Under the pieces are notes generated by a model. That model was given only the letters and a program-made list of their open reading frames with translations. It searched no databases and was not told the origin of the DNA. The translations under genes and the position numbers were made by a program. Positions 1-11,005 of a DNA stretch of 64,000 bases are shown one piece after another. Source of the stretch: an uncultured Hormoscilla sp. (GTDB taxonomy: Bacteria; Cyanobacteriota; Cyanobacteriia; Cyanobacteriales; Desertifilaceae); assembly GCA_963921275.4 (NCBI GenBank), contig OZ001293.3, positions 5,216,001 through 5,280,000 on the forward strand, read 5' to 3'. How positions within the stretch are numbered: the first letter of the stretch is position 1; every line of letters begins with the position of its first letter.

Positions 1-276
1 CTTCTGCGGCGGTAATTTCCAGTACCCGTTGTTCCAGATTGCCCCATTTCTTTTCCATATACTTGGCTATTTTGTCTGGGATTTCAATTGCAATTTTCAT
101 TGTCTAACCTCCTATGAAGCTTTGCGGTAGTCTAGCAAATATATTTGGGAAACGCTATCTAATCACGAACTTGTTACTTTTTTAGCAACAAATTTCTTCT
201 GACGATTGCCATCTTCACCTGCATCCTACAGAAACCAGGTTTTCGCAAACAACCTGGTTTCTTACTGGTTTCTTCA

Positions 277-1914
277 TTAAGGTGATGGGACTGTCCACCA
301 GGCTAAGGCATAGGGTTGTTCTGGTTCGTTAAGCTGTTGGCGATACTGGACGCGGATTTTATAACGGCCTGCGATCCGAATGCGGTGGAAAATATGTTCT
401 ACGCTGTCTACTGGGCTAACTGAGGACCAAATGCTTTTTCTGATGTCATTTTCTGCTGCTGGCATCAGGTATAGTTCCAGGTTGTTTAAGCCCCTATCCT
501 GAAATGTTTCCCCAACGTCATACTCGCTGTTATTGTTGGCATCTTCTAGTTCTACCCGTCGATTCCATGCTAAGATGATACTCACTATACTCCCAGACAC
601 CAAGGGTCGATCTAATACATAGTCCTTAAAGGTACTGTCATTCCCCTCTACTGTATTGTAATCCCAGCCTACTGGGGGCGCTGGCGCTTCTGGACCCCAC
701 TGACCGGGACTAAATTGCTGGTAGGCACGATAGGCATTTAGATGACCGGCTCCTACTTGAATATCCAGGGGAATTTTTTGATTGTAAAAGGCTTCGGAGG
801 CTAACCAGGAATGGTGATTTTGATCGAGAAGGGTGCGACTCATACCCAGGTTGAACCCGTCACCCCGGTCTTCTATTTTATTAGCAGAATTTAGCATTAC
901 TGCTTTCATGACTTCGTGACGGCGGGCATCCAGAGTCCATTGAACTGAGGTTTGGCCTGAATTGGCTATTTGCCTGTCTCCATATTCCTGTAGTAGGGCC
1001 AAGGTAGCAGTTGCGTGGGGGGCGGCAAAACTGGTGCCGCTGGCGCGGCTAATGCTACCGTCTAGGTTCACTAAGGGGATTTGATTGCCCGGTGCTACTA
1101 AACCGATCGATCGCCGATTGTCTATGTTAGTCTCCTGACCGATAATCCGCTTGGCAATCCCCACTTTCGGGTCGCCGATATTGGCAAAGTCGATTTTGCT
1201 GAATACTTCCTGTTCGCGCCTGCTAAAAGCCACATTGATGCCATTGTAGTTATCGGTAGGGATGGAAATGCCGCCTCGGCCCTGATTGCCCGCAATCACA
1301 TACAGGACATTGTGAACCCTAGCTGACCAGTCAATACATTGGGTCAGCAGGGCGTTGCCATCCAGAACGGCATTTGGCCGAGGGTCTTGACGCAAAGATT
1401 CGCCAAAACTAAAGTTGATCGCTCTGAGGTCGCCGCTATTTTGCATCGCTAGATGTTGAGTTGACAAGCATTCCTGTGGCTGTCCGCTGCGTCTGATCGG
1501 ACCCACTGCCGCTGAGTATAGCCTCGCTGCTGGGGCCACGCCGGGAAAGGCTTTATCTGAACTGATCATGATGCTGGCTACGTTTTGGGCGTGGCGATCG
1601 ACATGCTTATTAGTTTGGGCCTCATCATCCTGAAAGAACACCCGCGCTGGCCAAACCGCACGATTTTGGGCTACAGCTTTGTCGAGGCCAAACTTGCCTG
1701 GTCTGCCAATCTCTACTTGACCGATCGCTATCTTACGACCTCGCAAGTTATAGGGCGCTGCGTGCAGGCGCAGGGCATCGATCCCGGCGGATCCTACTGA
1801 TAAATCTTTTGATGCCAGCACTGGCCCAGGTACAGGGCACGCTGTACTCAGTCCCAAAATCAGGGATGCTAGTTTTTTCCATAGCTTCTGGCCGTTCAAG
1901 TCAGATCCTCCCAC
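277..1914 (-). CDS. S8 family serine peptidase (subtilase)
   Basis: 545-aa ORF with GTSFAAPH catalytic Ser motif, HAQNVA His motif, IAGN oxyanion motif and a hydrophobic N-terminal stretch; exact start uncertain. Confidence 0.88.
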   Translation of the reverse strand: MGGSDLNGQKLWKKLASLILGLSTACPVPGPVLASKDLSVGSAGIDALRLHAAPYNLRGRKIAIGQVEIGRPGKFGLDKAVAQNRAVWPARVFFQDDEAQTNKHVDRHAQNVASIMISSDKAFPGVAPAARLYSAAVGPIRRSGQPQECLSTQHLAMQNSGDLRAINFSFGESLRQDPRPNAVLDGNALLTQCIDWSARVHNVLYVIAGNQGRGGISIPTDNYNGINVAFSRREQEVFSKIDFANIGDPKVGIAKRIIGQETNIDNRRSIGLVAPGNQIPLVNLDGSISRASGTSFAAPHATATLALLQEYGDRQIANSGQTSVQWTLDARRHEVMKAVMLNSANKIEDRGDGFNLGMSRTLLDQNHHSWLASEAFYNQKIPLDIQVGAGHLNAYRAYQQFSPGQWGPEAPAPPVGWDYNTVEGNDSTFKDYVLDRPLVSGSIVSIILAWNRRVELEDANNNSEYDVGETFQDRGLNNLELYLMPAAENDIRKSIWSSVSPVDSVEHIFHRIRIAGRYKIRVQYRQQLNEPEQPYALAWWTVPSP

Positions 1915-2374
1915 ATGTTAAGTAAGTAGTATGACAAAATTAATTACACATAATTGATGGGCTCAAACCAGATCCTGCAAGAAAGTAATGTGTAAATATT
2001 TCTGTCCATGTACTTAGTTCGTAGTTCGAGATTGCTTCGTACCTCGCAACGCTACGCGGTTCGTAGTTTGAAGAAGAGAGCTTCAAATTGCCACAGAGCA
2101 GGGTTACAGCCTTGTTGAATTTACTTGACAATATGAAAACAATTATACCTTACTACTTATAGCGAACCTAAATCATTGTGTAAATTTTGGCCTGGCAGCG
2201 AACGCAGATAAAACCCTTATCTGGCAAGGCTTTCATTGAAATATCCCAGTTGCACAACTCATGAACGGCTTGCTATATAAGGTAGATGCATAGGGAGAAT
2301 TTACATTTTTTTTTCGGGTAATCCTAAAGATTTTGTTAAACTTACATCTGGAAAGCAGGAGAACATCTATTGCC

Positions 2375-3070
2375 ATGTCCAAGCCCATTGTTATTGCCCC
2401 ATCTATTTTATCAGCCGACTTTAGCCGTCTGGGAGCGGAAGTGCAAGCTGTCGATGCAGCTGGTGCTGACTGGATTCATGTGGATGTCATGGATGGTCGG
2501 TTTGTCCCTAATATAACCATAGGTCCCCTGATTGTGGATGCTCTGCGTCCTGTGACCAAGAAGCCTTTGGATGTCCACTTGATGATTGTGGAGCCGGAGA
2601 AATATGTGGCAGATTTTGCCAAAGCCGGTGCGGATATTATTTCTGTCCATGCCGAGCATAACGCTTCTCCGCACTTGCATCGCACTCTCGGTCAGATTAA
2701 GGAACTGGGTAAGCAGGCGGGTGTGGTCCTCAATCCCTCGACACCCCTAGAATTAATTGAGTATGTCCTGGAGATCTGCGATTTGGTGCTGATCATGAGT
2801 GTTAACCCCGGTTTTGGGGGCCAGAGTTTTATCCCGGCGGTGGTGGATAAAATCCGCAAGCTGCGCCGGATGTGCGACGATCGAGGACTGGATCCCTGGA
2901 TTGAAGTGGATGGCGGTCTGAAGGTAAATAATACTTGGCAGGTGTTGGAAGTTGGTGCCAATGCGATTGTTGCCGGTTCTGCGGTGTTCAAAGCCCCTGA
3001 TTATGCCGAGGCGATCGAGGGAATTCGCCATAGTCAGCGTCCCGTAGTACGAGAATTGGTCACGGCCTAG
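2375..3070 (+). CDS. rpe: ribulose-phosphate 3-epimerase
   Basis: [30 protein letters not shown] and EVDGG motifs; ATG at 2375. Confidence 0.98.
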   Translation: MSKPIVIAPSILSADFSRLGAEVQAVDAAGADWIHVDVMDGRFVPNITIGPLIVDALRPVTKKPLDVHLMIVEPEKYVADFAKAGADIISVHAEHNASPHLHRTLGQIKELGKQAGVVLNPSTPLELIEYVLEICDLVLIMSVNPGFGGQSFIPAVVDKIRKLRRMCDDRGLDPWIEVDGGLKVNNTWQVLEVGANAIVAGSAVFKAPDYAEAIEGIRHSQRPVVRELVTA

Positions 3071-3144
3071 ACGTTCGTACTAAGGACTAAAGTATTACCG
3101 CGAGTCGTTCGTAGTAAGGACTTTAGTCCTTGCCGTGGGTCGTG

Positions 3145-4964
3145 CTATGCACTTGTGCTGTTCGCCATGGGAGAGGGTAGAAATCCGGGGTAGCATTCCC
3201 CTCGGCGTTGATTGTGTCGTCCGATTACCTCTTCTATCTTTTCCAGACGATGTTGAAACATTTTCAGAACCCGAATTGCTCGCGGGTCTTGAAAACTGCG
3301 ATCGCCAAAATTTGTAAATGCATTTGGATCGAGCTTGACGCCGACTGCTGTCAGGAATTGGAGCTGAACAAGAGTTAATTCTGTATCAGGGAGAAACCCA
3401 CTGATATCTGCTTCACTAACTGTTCCTTTGACGTTAGGGAGCGGCTGATAGATGGATCCAGGCATGTTGGGGACAAAGGTCGAGTAATCGTCTTGCAGCC
3501 AGGCTATGGCTAAGTGTTGAGGACCAGCAGTAAAAATGATTTGTGCGAGCAGGTCAACTAACTGGTTGCGATTAGTCAGACGCTCTGGTAGAAAAACTAC
3601 TCCCAAACCGCCATCGCTAATGGGGGTTCGTAAAGCTTGGAGCCAATTTTGCAGCTCAACATCCTGATGGACATCTATCGAGGTTTTATAGTAAATCCTG
3701 ACATATTGAGTAACATAGTCCCGCAGAGCCTCCCAGATCGGCAACCAGTCGTCACGATAGGGGAAGTTAGGCAACTGTTCGCGATCGTTGACGCCGCGCA
3801 AGTGCAAATTGTTGGGGAAGGCAAAGTCGCTGAAGTTACTAAATAGTTCCGAAGTGCCTTGATTGACAAGGTTGAGGGAATTTTCTAAAATACCTGGTAA
3901 AGTTAAGTCGGCAAATTCCTCTGGATTGATGAGTACCCGATCGCCAAGGGCATTGATCGCCATTGTAAACTCAAAATGGGGCTGCAAAAGCACATACAAG
4001 GGATGGTTCTGGGCAAGTTCCCGTGCAGTTGCCAGTGCGATGGGTTCCAAAGCAAGATGAGTTTGACCCAGGTGGCGTATGAGTTCAAAGATGCTGAGTT
4101 CAGCCATCTGGGCGACGATCTTAGCTAGAGTCCAGTCTACCCCATCCAGAGGCGTGCAGAGCAAACTCCCCCCTGGCACCTGTCCCAACTGGATCGCAAT
4201 CGGAATCAAGGGCGATCGGGGGTTGCGGCGATCTGCAAAATAGAGGGAAATGGGGCTAGTAAGAAATCGGCCTGCTTGCGGGGTAAGATTATCAAGTGCC
4301 GCATAATCAGTAACAAACATAGATCCCGATCGAATAGCGCTGTTCAGGGTTTCTCCTACATCACCAACCACGGCCCGAAAAATTTCATTTGTTATGGCAA
4401 TTTTGTCGCGAATGCGGTAATTGGGTGCCAAAACATTGGTCAGTTCCATGGGATTGGTGCCAGAAAGCCGCTGCTGGGCAAATGTAGCATTCTGGCGTCC
4501 ACTGGTGGCAACATCTGGCAGGGGCAGGATGGGAAAGACAGCCCCGTAGTCCTCCAGACTGCGAAAAGGCACGGGATTTTCTAGAAATGCCTCTTGATTG
4601 GCTGCAAGTTGGGATCCCAAGATTTCCCTGTTAGCTTGATACTTTTCAGAAAAGGCTTCCTGAGGAGGTAAATTAGCGACGCGGACAACATTTGGCAGCC
4701 TCGTCACTAACTGATATTCTTGGCGTGCCTGTTGCAGCTGCTGTTGACGTCTTAGTCTGGCTATAGGTCGATCATCTTGGGGCAAGGATGGGATCTGCCG
4801 ATTTCTGGGTACAGTAAGTCTTGAGGTTTCATTGCTATAGGTCAGCAAAGCTTCCAGACCCGGGGGGCGCAGGCAAAACCCATCAGCGCTAGCATGGTGC
4901 GGCGCGATAGGACGTATTGATGCCTTAATTGTTCATGACGTTGGCGTCTAGTTGGAAATCCCAT
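3145..4964 (-). pseudogene. lipoxygenase with Tat signal peptide, frameshifted in a G6 run (or sequencing error)
   Basis: FAQQRLSGTNP, ELIRHLGQTH, GPQH, FVPNMP and C-terminal NSTSA motifs; upstream ATG 4964 encodes ...SRRTMLALMGFACAP out of frame with the body at run 4862-4867. Confidence 0.85.
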
Positions 4965-5068
4965 TATCCCATTCCCTGTTCTCTCTTAACAGTTAAATTT
5001 TGCTCATTCAAATTAGCTAAAAACGAGGAAAATGACTCATTCGGCGATTCCTTATTCCCCCTAGGGGT

Positions 5069-5383
5069 TTAATCTAGATAACCCATCATGTCATCCTCAT
5101 CAATGTTGTTAGAAGCGATCGGGCGGTTTCCTACGAGGGTCAATGTGTTGTCAACATCAATATTACTGTGAGCAACGGGGCGGTTACCCGAGACCATATA
5201 TGTCTGAGATACCTCCATTTTGCTGGAGACGATCGGGCGTTTCTCCCTCGGATCCAGAGTATTGCGCACCTCCAGACTGCTTGATTCAATGGGGCGGTTC
5301 CCTGGGAGAGGGGGTAAAGGTACTGACTTTTCGGTTTCCTTGGACATAGTATTGAGTTGAACTCCATTCTCTGTTGTCTTCAT
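5069..5383 (-). CDS. small hypothetical protein with four (G)NRP(I/V)xxS repeats
   Basis: GNRPIESSSLEV / EKRPIVSSKMEV / GNRPVAHSNIDV / GNRPIASN; ATG at 5383 or 5347. Confidence 0.7.
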   Translation of the reverse strand: MKTTENGVQLNTMSKETEKSVPLPPLPGNRPIESSSLEVRNTLDPREKRPIVSSKMEVSQTYMVSGNRPVAHSNIDVDNTLTLVGNRPIASNNIDEDDMMGYLD

Positions 5384-5676
5384 ATCACCTTTGGCATTAA
5401 TTTCAAGGTTATCTACTGTTGCTGTTTTTCTGACTTGTCCTGGAAGGATCGCTTGGTGGTAGTGGCTTTGCCCTGCATGTCCGTTTCCACCGATGGCTAA
5501 TCGTAACAAGTCTGTTTTAACTCATATCTTACACCAGTCGCAATAACCTGCATCCGGTTAAAACAGAGTCTAAGAGCCAAAGTCCACAAAGCGTGGGCTA
5601 AATCCGCATCCTCCGAATGCTGGAGAGTGGGTTAAAACCCACTTGAGCTATTAGCCGTGGGTTACAACCCACGGCG

Positions 5677-5738
5677 GGCCTGTGTCACTTGACATACCTG
5701 AGAAAATACTCTATCATGTCTGTCAAGTGGCACAGGCC
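5677..5738. repeat. ~60-bp hairpin element with TGTCACTTGACA-type arms
   Basis: ggcctgtgtcacttgaca ... tgtcaagtggcacaggcc; similar arms at 32513-32568 and 63665-63714. Confidence 0.7.
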
Positions 5739-6007
5739 AGGGGTTTGCACGGCGGCGTAACCCTAAAGGTGCATGCCTGTGAGTTTTAATTTGTAGCTTC
5801 CCCAAGCAGGCGATCGCCACTGGGAAGGTGGTACAAGATTTATCCTCTCTACAATACTTAAGAAAATCTAACTACACTATTAGTGTAAGTTACAATTTCT
5901 AATAAAAACCCAAATTTATGTAAACTTTTGTAAAGAAACCTAGTCATGAGCGGTGAATGGAGACTGGTGCCTGGGGACCGGTAAGGGCTCGCGGTTTAAT
6001 AATCTAC

Positions 6008-6277
6008 TCAGAACTCCTCGTACAAGTCTTTCTATTCCGAGTTAATACTGTTGACTAAATCAATCTTTTTCTTCTGTTTCTCTCTCACGATCGCCTCCGT
6101 GATATCTTCTTAAATCTCGTAGTATACCAATTTATTAATATTGTACCTCTTGGTAAATCCTGCTATCAACTTTGATTTGTGTTCGTAAACTCTTCTATGT
6201 AAATCGTTCCTTACCCCCGTGTAAAGCACGGTGTTATACTTGTTGGTCATTATGTACAAATAACATTGTTTACTCAT
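6008..6277 (-). pseudogene. GIY-YIG nuclease family protein with internal stops
   Basis: manual translation MSKQCYLYIMTNKYNTVLYTGVRNDLHRRVYEHK...FTKRYNINKLVYYEI*EDITEAIVREKQ...E*KDLYEEF. Confidence 0.85.
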
Positions 6278-6462
6278 GGCTGTTCAGTTTGTCATTTCTT
6301 CGCTAAACATATTTCTCACTTAACCCCCCCGCTAGTGTAGCGGCACGACGCAGGAGCGCTAGCAATCTCCTCAATTACCGGTCGGAGCTAAACATATTTC
6401 TCACTTATATCAAATCCAGTTAATTAACCTAAAAGCGCTCAGTAATCCATAGGATAAACCTC

Positions 6463-6775
6463 ATGCCGCGACGTATCAAGCTCGAACCCCACCTAAGTCC
6501 TGAAGAACTCGTTGCCCGCTATGGAAGTGCCAAAAACGGCGTCGAACGCAGTCACTATCAAATTATTTGGCTGTTAACAACAGATAAAACAACGCGGGAA
6601 GTCGCCGAAATCACTGGCTACAGTCGAGCCTGGTTGTATGATTTAGTCAAGAGCTACAACCTCCAAGGAGCCAAAGCCCTCGGAGATATCCGACAACACA
6701 ATCGCGGGACGCAAGCCCTTACTTGATGAAGTACAACTTGCACAACTGTGGCAGGCTCTGCAAGAGCAGCCTTCG
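6463..6775 (+). mobile_element. IS630-family transposase N-terminal fragment
   Basis: MPRRIKLEPHLS...ERSHYQIIWLL...HTH region, frameshifted and truncated. Confidence 0.75.
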
Positions 6776-7003
6776 TATACGCAGTTAGGGGGCTGGGGGG
6801 GATCGCCCGCTATCGACCAGAGGAAAAAATTGCTCTACTCTATCAACTACTTTTGACCGCACCCGATGTCACCTTATTGCTCGCAAGCTGTCACCTTTGA
6901 CAAACAGTGACATTGAAAAACCGGTTTCTGTGGAGTTACAGAAACCGGTTTTGCTTAGCGCCTAAGCACAATTAAGCGTTGTTGACTTTTGGTCCGTGGA
7001 CTG

Positions 7004-10000
7004 TCAAATTTCTCCAATGAAGATCCTGCTTTCGATTGTGTTTGTTGTATCGCTAGAGATGTTGACACTGAAATTGTCACCTGCAGTGAGGGTAAAAATA
7101 GGCTGACTAGGAATGGGTTGTGTAACCCTTACGTTGCCAAATCCGGAGGTAAGCTGGATGAAATCTTCTGTGGTATTAAAGTCCTGGATAGTATCAGAAG
7201 TTGCTCTTAAGCTATCAGACTCATCCTGGAAGTAGAAGATATCAGCGCCTGCACCTCCTTCCAATCGATCGCTTCCTAGACCGCCAATCAGAATATCAGC
7301 ATTACCCGAACCTGTCAACTCGTCAATACCGCTTGTATTGCTAGTGCCAACCAGGAGGAGTTGAGAGTCGGCGACGATAGGTTCTGCTGTCAAGTCTAAT
7401 GGGCGAGAATTAGTTGTGCTAGCCAACACATCGACAGTCACTGTTGCTGTTGCAGTATTAGCACCATTGCTGATGGTGTAGGTGAACTCATCATCAGCAG
7501 TTCCGGTGAATGTTATGTTATTTCCGCGGACGCCGACGGTATTGACAGGATCTACATCATCACCTAAAGTGATGGTCATAGAACTGTTATTGGTGTCATT
7601 GTCATTCAGCAATACTGGAATGGTCGTTGTTTCACCGGAGATGACGATCGCGAAATCATTATTGGCAGTAATTTGCTGGTTCCCGCCTAGCCTGACAGTA
7701 ACAGTAGCTGTATCCGTCTCGCCACCGCCATCCACGATCGTGTAGGTGAAGGTGTCCGTGCCCTCAAATGCTGTATTGATGCCAGCAGAAACTGTGTAGA
7801 TTAAGCCACTGCGATCGCTATTGACTGTTACAGTTCCAAGAGAGGAAGTATTGATCGTGGTGTTTGCGTTCTGAGAGATCCGAAGCCTCTCACCATTGGG
7901 ATCGGAGTCGTTATTCAGAACCGCCAGGGTTGCAGAACCCCTTGCTGGAATGATGAACCTATCATTAATCGCGGATGGCCGCTGGTTGCTGCCCACTGTT
8001 ATCGTTACTCGGGCCGTATCTGTCAAGGCTGTACCGTCACTTAGAGTTTCGTTGCCAGCTATAGTGTAGGTGAAGGTATCTGTGCCAATAAAACCATCCC
8101 TGGGATCGTAGACTAGCAAGTCATCAGTTCGGTCATTAGGGGTACCACCATTATTACGGGTAACAGTACCGTTAGATCCTTGACCGAAGCCCCTCAGTGA
8201 TGGATCCCCTGTTTGGTCCCTGTCATTGGCTAAGACATCGATCGTGGTGGCAGTGCCCTCGGAAGTGCTAGTTGTGTCCCGTAAAGCATTGGGAGGCACA
8301 ATATCCCCAAAAACCACGCGGATAGTTGCAGTTGAGGTTAACCCCCCTGCATCGCTGATGGTGTAGACAACCGTATCATTGCCCTCGAAAGTCTCTAAAC
8401 CACTGGCTGCAGTATAGGTGACCTGATTATCTGAAATAGCGACCCTGCCCAAAGAAGAAGAATTGTCCGCGCCAATAACTCTAAGAATGTCACCTATATC
8501 AGGGTCAGAATCATTTTCCAGCACATCAATAGTGTTAGTGATATTCGACGATCCTGAGATGGTTACCATGTCATTAACGGCTGTCGGCCCCGTGTTTTCA
8601 TCAATTGTCACCGTGACTGTCCCTGAGTCCGTACCTCCTTGGCCATCGGTGATGGTGTAGGTAAAGCTGTCCGTACCCACAAACTCTGTCTCTGTATTTT
8701 GAGGCGCGGTGTAGACTACCCCGTTATTGGAGATGGCAACGGTACCGCCATTTGCCGTTGAGGTTTGCACGCTGTCAACGGTGAGAGGATCGCGATCGGG
8801 GTCCGAGTCATTGGCTAGCAAATCGAGCGACTGAGCGCCACCCCCAGCAGTCACAGTTACCGTATCATTCACCGCCACTGGAGGCTGATTGCCCCCTACC
8901 TGGACTCTAATCGTCGCTGACTGCGTGCCTCCGCTGCCATCGCTGATACTGTAAGTGAAGCTTTCTGTACCAGAGAATGGCTGCCCATTCGGCATAGTCC
9001 GAGGGATATAGATTACCTGGTTATTCTCATCCAGGGTAGCGGTGCCATTATCTGGTGGGCTGATGCCCAGAATTTGCAACGAGTTTCCATCTGGATCGCT
9101 GTCGTTGTCCAGAACTGCGATCGTGGCCGTTGCTAGGGTTTGGATGGTACTACGGTCATCGATGGCTACTGGCGGTTGGTTTGTCAGCACTGTGACTGTT
9201 GCTGTATCTGTACGGCCATCGTTGTTGGTAATGGTGTAAGTGAAGGTATCCGTTCCCCCAGTAGCCCTGAAGCTACTATTGGGTTCGTAGATCACCACGT
9301 CATCGGCAGGGTTCTCTAGCGTGCCACTATCAAAGATGCGAGCGCTACCTCGTCCTGGAACACTCACTCCTGTGATAGTAAAGCTGCCATCTGGATCTGA
9401 GTCGTTAGCGCGTACATCGATCTCGATTGCTGCTTGGCCAGCAACTACTGTTGCCGTGTCATTATTTGCTACCAGTGACAGAGATCCTACTGCCACCGTC
9501 ACTGTGGCCGTATCTACCCCACCGTTGCCGTCACTGACTGTGTAGACGAAGCTGTCTATGCCACCGAAAGTTGCCGCTGGTGTGTATACTACCTCGTTGC
9601 CACTGAGGCTGAGGGTACCTCCATTTGGGGTGCCGCTGCCGATGCCCGATATGAAAAGGCTATCTTCATCTGCGTCAGTATCGTTAGCCAGCACATCGAT
9701 AGTTACAGCAGTCGCCAAGGCTGTGACTGCACTATCATCCACTGCTACTGGAGGTTGGGGACCGCCAATTGTGACTATCACTGTGGACGATGCTGTCCCC
9801 CCGCTCCCGTCACTGATGGTATAGAAGAATGCGTCTGTTACACGCACCAATGCGCTTGCTGCTGAATTCGTGGCTGGGGTGTATATCACCTGGTCTCCAC
9901 GAATCGCTGTGCTGCCATTGAGAGGGTCGCTGATGCCTACGATACTCAATTGCTGGCCATTCGGGTCGCTGTCGTTCTCTAGCACTGAGATGGAGGCCGT

Positions 10001-10897
10001 TCCTCCTGCTGGGATGGTGGTCCTGTCTCGGGCCGCGATCGGGTCTTGGTTTTCCACTACTGTCACATTCACCGTCGCCTGGTCCGTACCTCCGTTCCCG
10101 TCAGTTATGGTGTAGTTGAAGGTATCGGTACCGGTGAATGTCGTTTCGTTGGGGGTATATACTACCTGGGAGTCAACAATGCTCACCGTGCCGTTAGTAC
10201 CATTGCTGACGCTAGCGATCGACAGCACGTCTCTATCAAAATCGCTGTCATTTGCTAGCACATCTATCCTGTTGGCAATACCCGCGATCGCCTCTACCGT
10301 ATCCGCCACTGCATCGGGAGGCTGGTTGCCACCGACCGTCACCGTTACCGAGGCTGTTCCTGTCTCACCACGACTGTCAGTTATTGTGTAGATAAAGCTG
10401 TCTACCCCTGAGAATGTTGACTCTGCGGGGTTGTAGACCAACTGGTCGGAGCTAATGATCACAGCCCCGTTTGTTGGAGTTCCTACACCAGTTATCGAGA
10501 AGGAGTCTCCATCCGCGTCCGAGTCATTGGCCAGAACTGGTATTGTTGCTGTTCCACCCTCTGGGATCGTCGTCGAGTCTGGTGCTGCCGTCGGGGGACT
10601 GTTAAAGATAAAGTTTTCTGCACTCAGCTGTCCGAGAGTGATCCCGGCCAGAGTGAGAGTGAAGAATGGAGTATCAAACCTCACCCCGCCAATTATTGAG
10701 CTTGCTACTGCTAGCATGACCTCAGCGGTCAGTTCTGGAAATTCTCTAAGATTCAGAATGTCTCCAGTTTCAAACCCGATCGCCTGGTATATAGGTAATG
10801 CGTCGCCGCTTCGACCTACCACCACTACATCGTCTTCACCGATAGTCTCTAACAGATTTGCAGAGGTTGTCTCTGGTGTGAGATTAAAGGTTGCCAT
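7004..10897 (-). CDS. large Ig-like (Big_9/cadherin-like) repeat adhesin with C-terminal RTX motifs, ~11 repeats
   Basis: repeated PPxAxxD...VLxNDSDPDG...DTFTYTIxDG units; GSGNADILIGGLGSDRLEGGAGAD; no Sec signal evident. Confidence 0.9.
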   Translation of the reverse strand: MATFNLTPETTSANLLETIGEDDVVVVGRSGDALPIYQAIGFETGDILNLREFPELTAEVMLAVASSIIGGVRFDTPFFTLTLAGITLGQLSAENFIFNSPPTAAPDSTTIPEGGTATIPVLANDSDADGDSFSITGVGTPTNGAVIISSDQLVYNPAESTFSGVDSFIYTITDSRGETGTASVTVTVGGNQPPDAVADTVEAIAGIANRIDVLANDSDFDRDVLSIASVSNGTNGTVSIVDSQVVYTPNETTFTGTDTFNYTITDGNGGTDQATVNVTVVENQDPIAARDRTTIPAGGTASISVLENDSDPNGQQLSIVGISDPLNGSTAIRGDQVIYTPATNSAASALVRVTDAFFYTISDGSGGTASSTVIVTIGGPQPPVAVDDSAVTALATAVTIDVLANDTDADEDSLFISGIGSGTPNGGTLSLSGNEVVYTPAATFGGIDSFVYTVSDGNGGVDTATVTVAVGSLSLVANNDTATVVAGQAAIEIDVRANDSDPDGSFTITGVSVPGRGSARIFDSGTLENPADDVVIYEPNSSFRATGGTDTFTYTITNNDGRTDTATVTVLTNQPPVAIDDRSTIQTLATATIAVLDNDSDPDGNSLQILGISPPDNGTATLDENNQVIYIPRTMPNGQPFSGTESFTYSISDGSGGTQSATIRVQVGGNQPPVAVNDTVTVTAGGGAQSLDLLANDSDPDRDPLTVDSVQTSTANGGTVAISNNGVVYTAPQNTETEFVGTDSFTYTITDGQGGTDSGTVTVTIDENTGPTAVNDMVTISGSSNITNTIDVLENDSDPDIGDILRVIGADNSSSLGRVAISDNQVTYTAASGLETFEGNDTVVYTISDAGGLTSTATIRVVFGDIVPPNALRDTTSTSEGTATTIDVLANDRDQTGDPSLRGFGQGSNGTVTRNNGGTPNDRTDDLLVYDPRDGFIGTDTFTYTIAGNETLSDGTALTDTARVTITVGSNQRPSAINDRFIIPARGSATLAVLNNDSDPNGERLRISQNANTTINTSSLGTVTVNSDRSGLIYTVSAGINTAFEGTDTFTYTIVDGGGETDTATVTVRLGGNQQITANNDFAIVISGETTTIPVLLNDNDTNNSSMTITLGDDVDPVNTVGVRGNNITFTGTADDEFTYTISNGANTATATVTVDVLASTTNSRPLDLTAEPIVADSQLLLVGTSNTSGIDELTGSGNADILIGGLGSDRLEGGAGADIFYFQDESDSLRATSDTIQDFNTTEDFIQLTSGFGNVRVTQPIPSQPIFTLTAGDNFSVNISSDTTNTIESRIFIGEI

Positions 10898-11005
10898 GTT
10901 TTTTGTTGCCTCACTAAGTACAATAACTACTGAACCAATTTATTTTTATGCTTTTTTTACCTTCCTTTTTTGACTTGCTGCTGGACTGCCAATTCAACCA
11001 GCTTT

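Noticed and set aside
229..262. AGAAACC(A/G)GGTTT-type inverted repeats (also near 6917, 30058, 39747 and 40439)
   Set aside because: Common intergenic REP-like hairpins of filamentous cyanobacteria; may act as terminators but not novel.
1700..1735. Glu in place of the catalytic Asp in the S8 protease (IGQVEIG)
   Set aside because: Probably a subfamily trait; cannot be judged unusual without an alignment.
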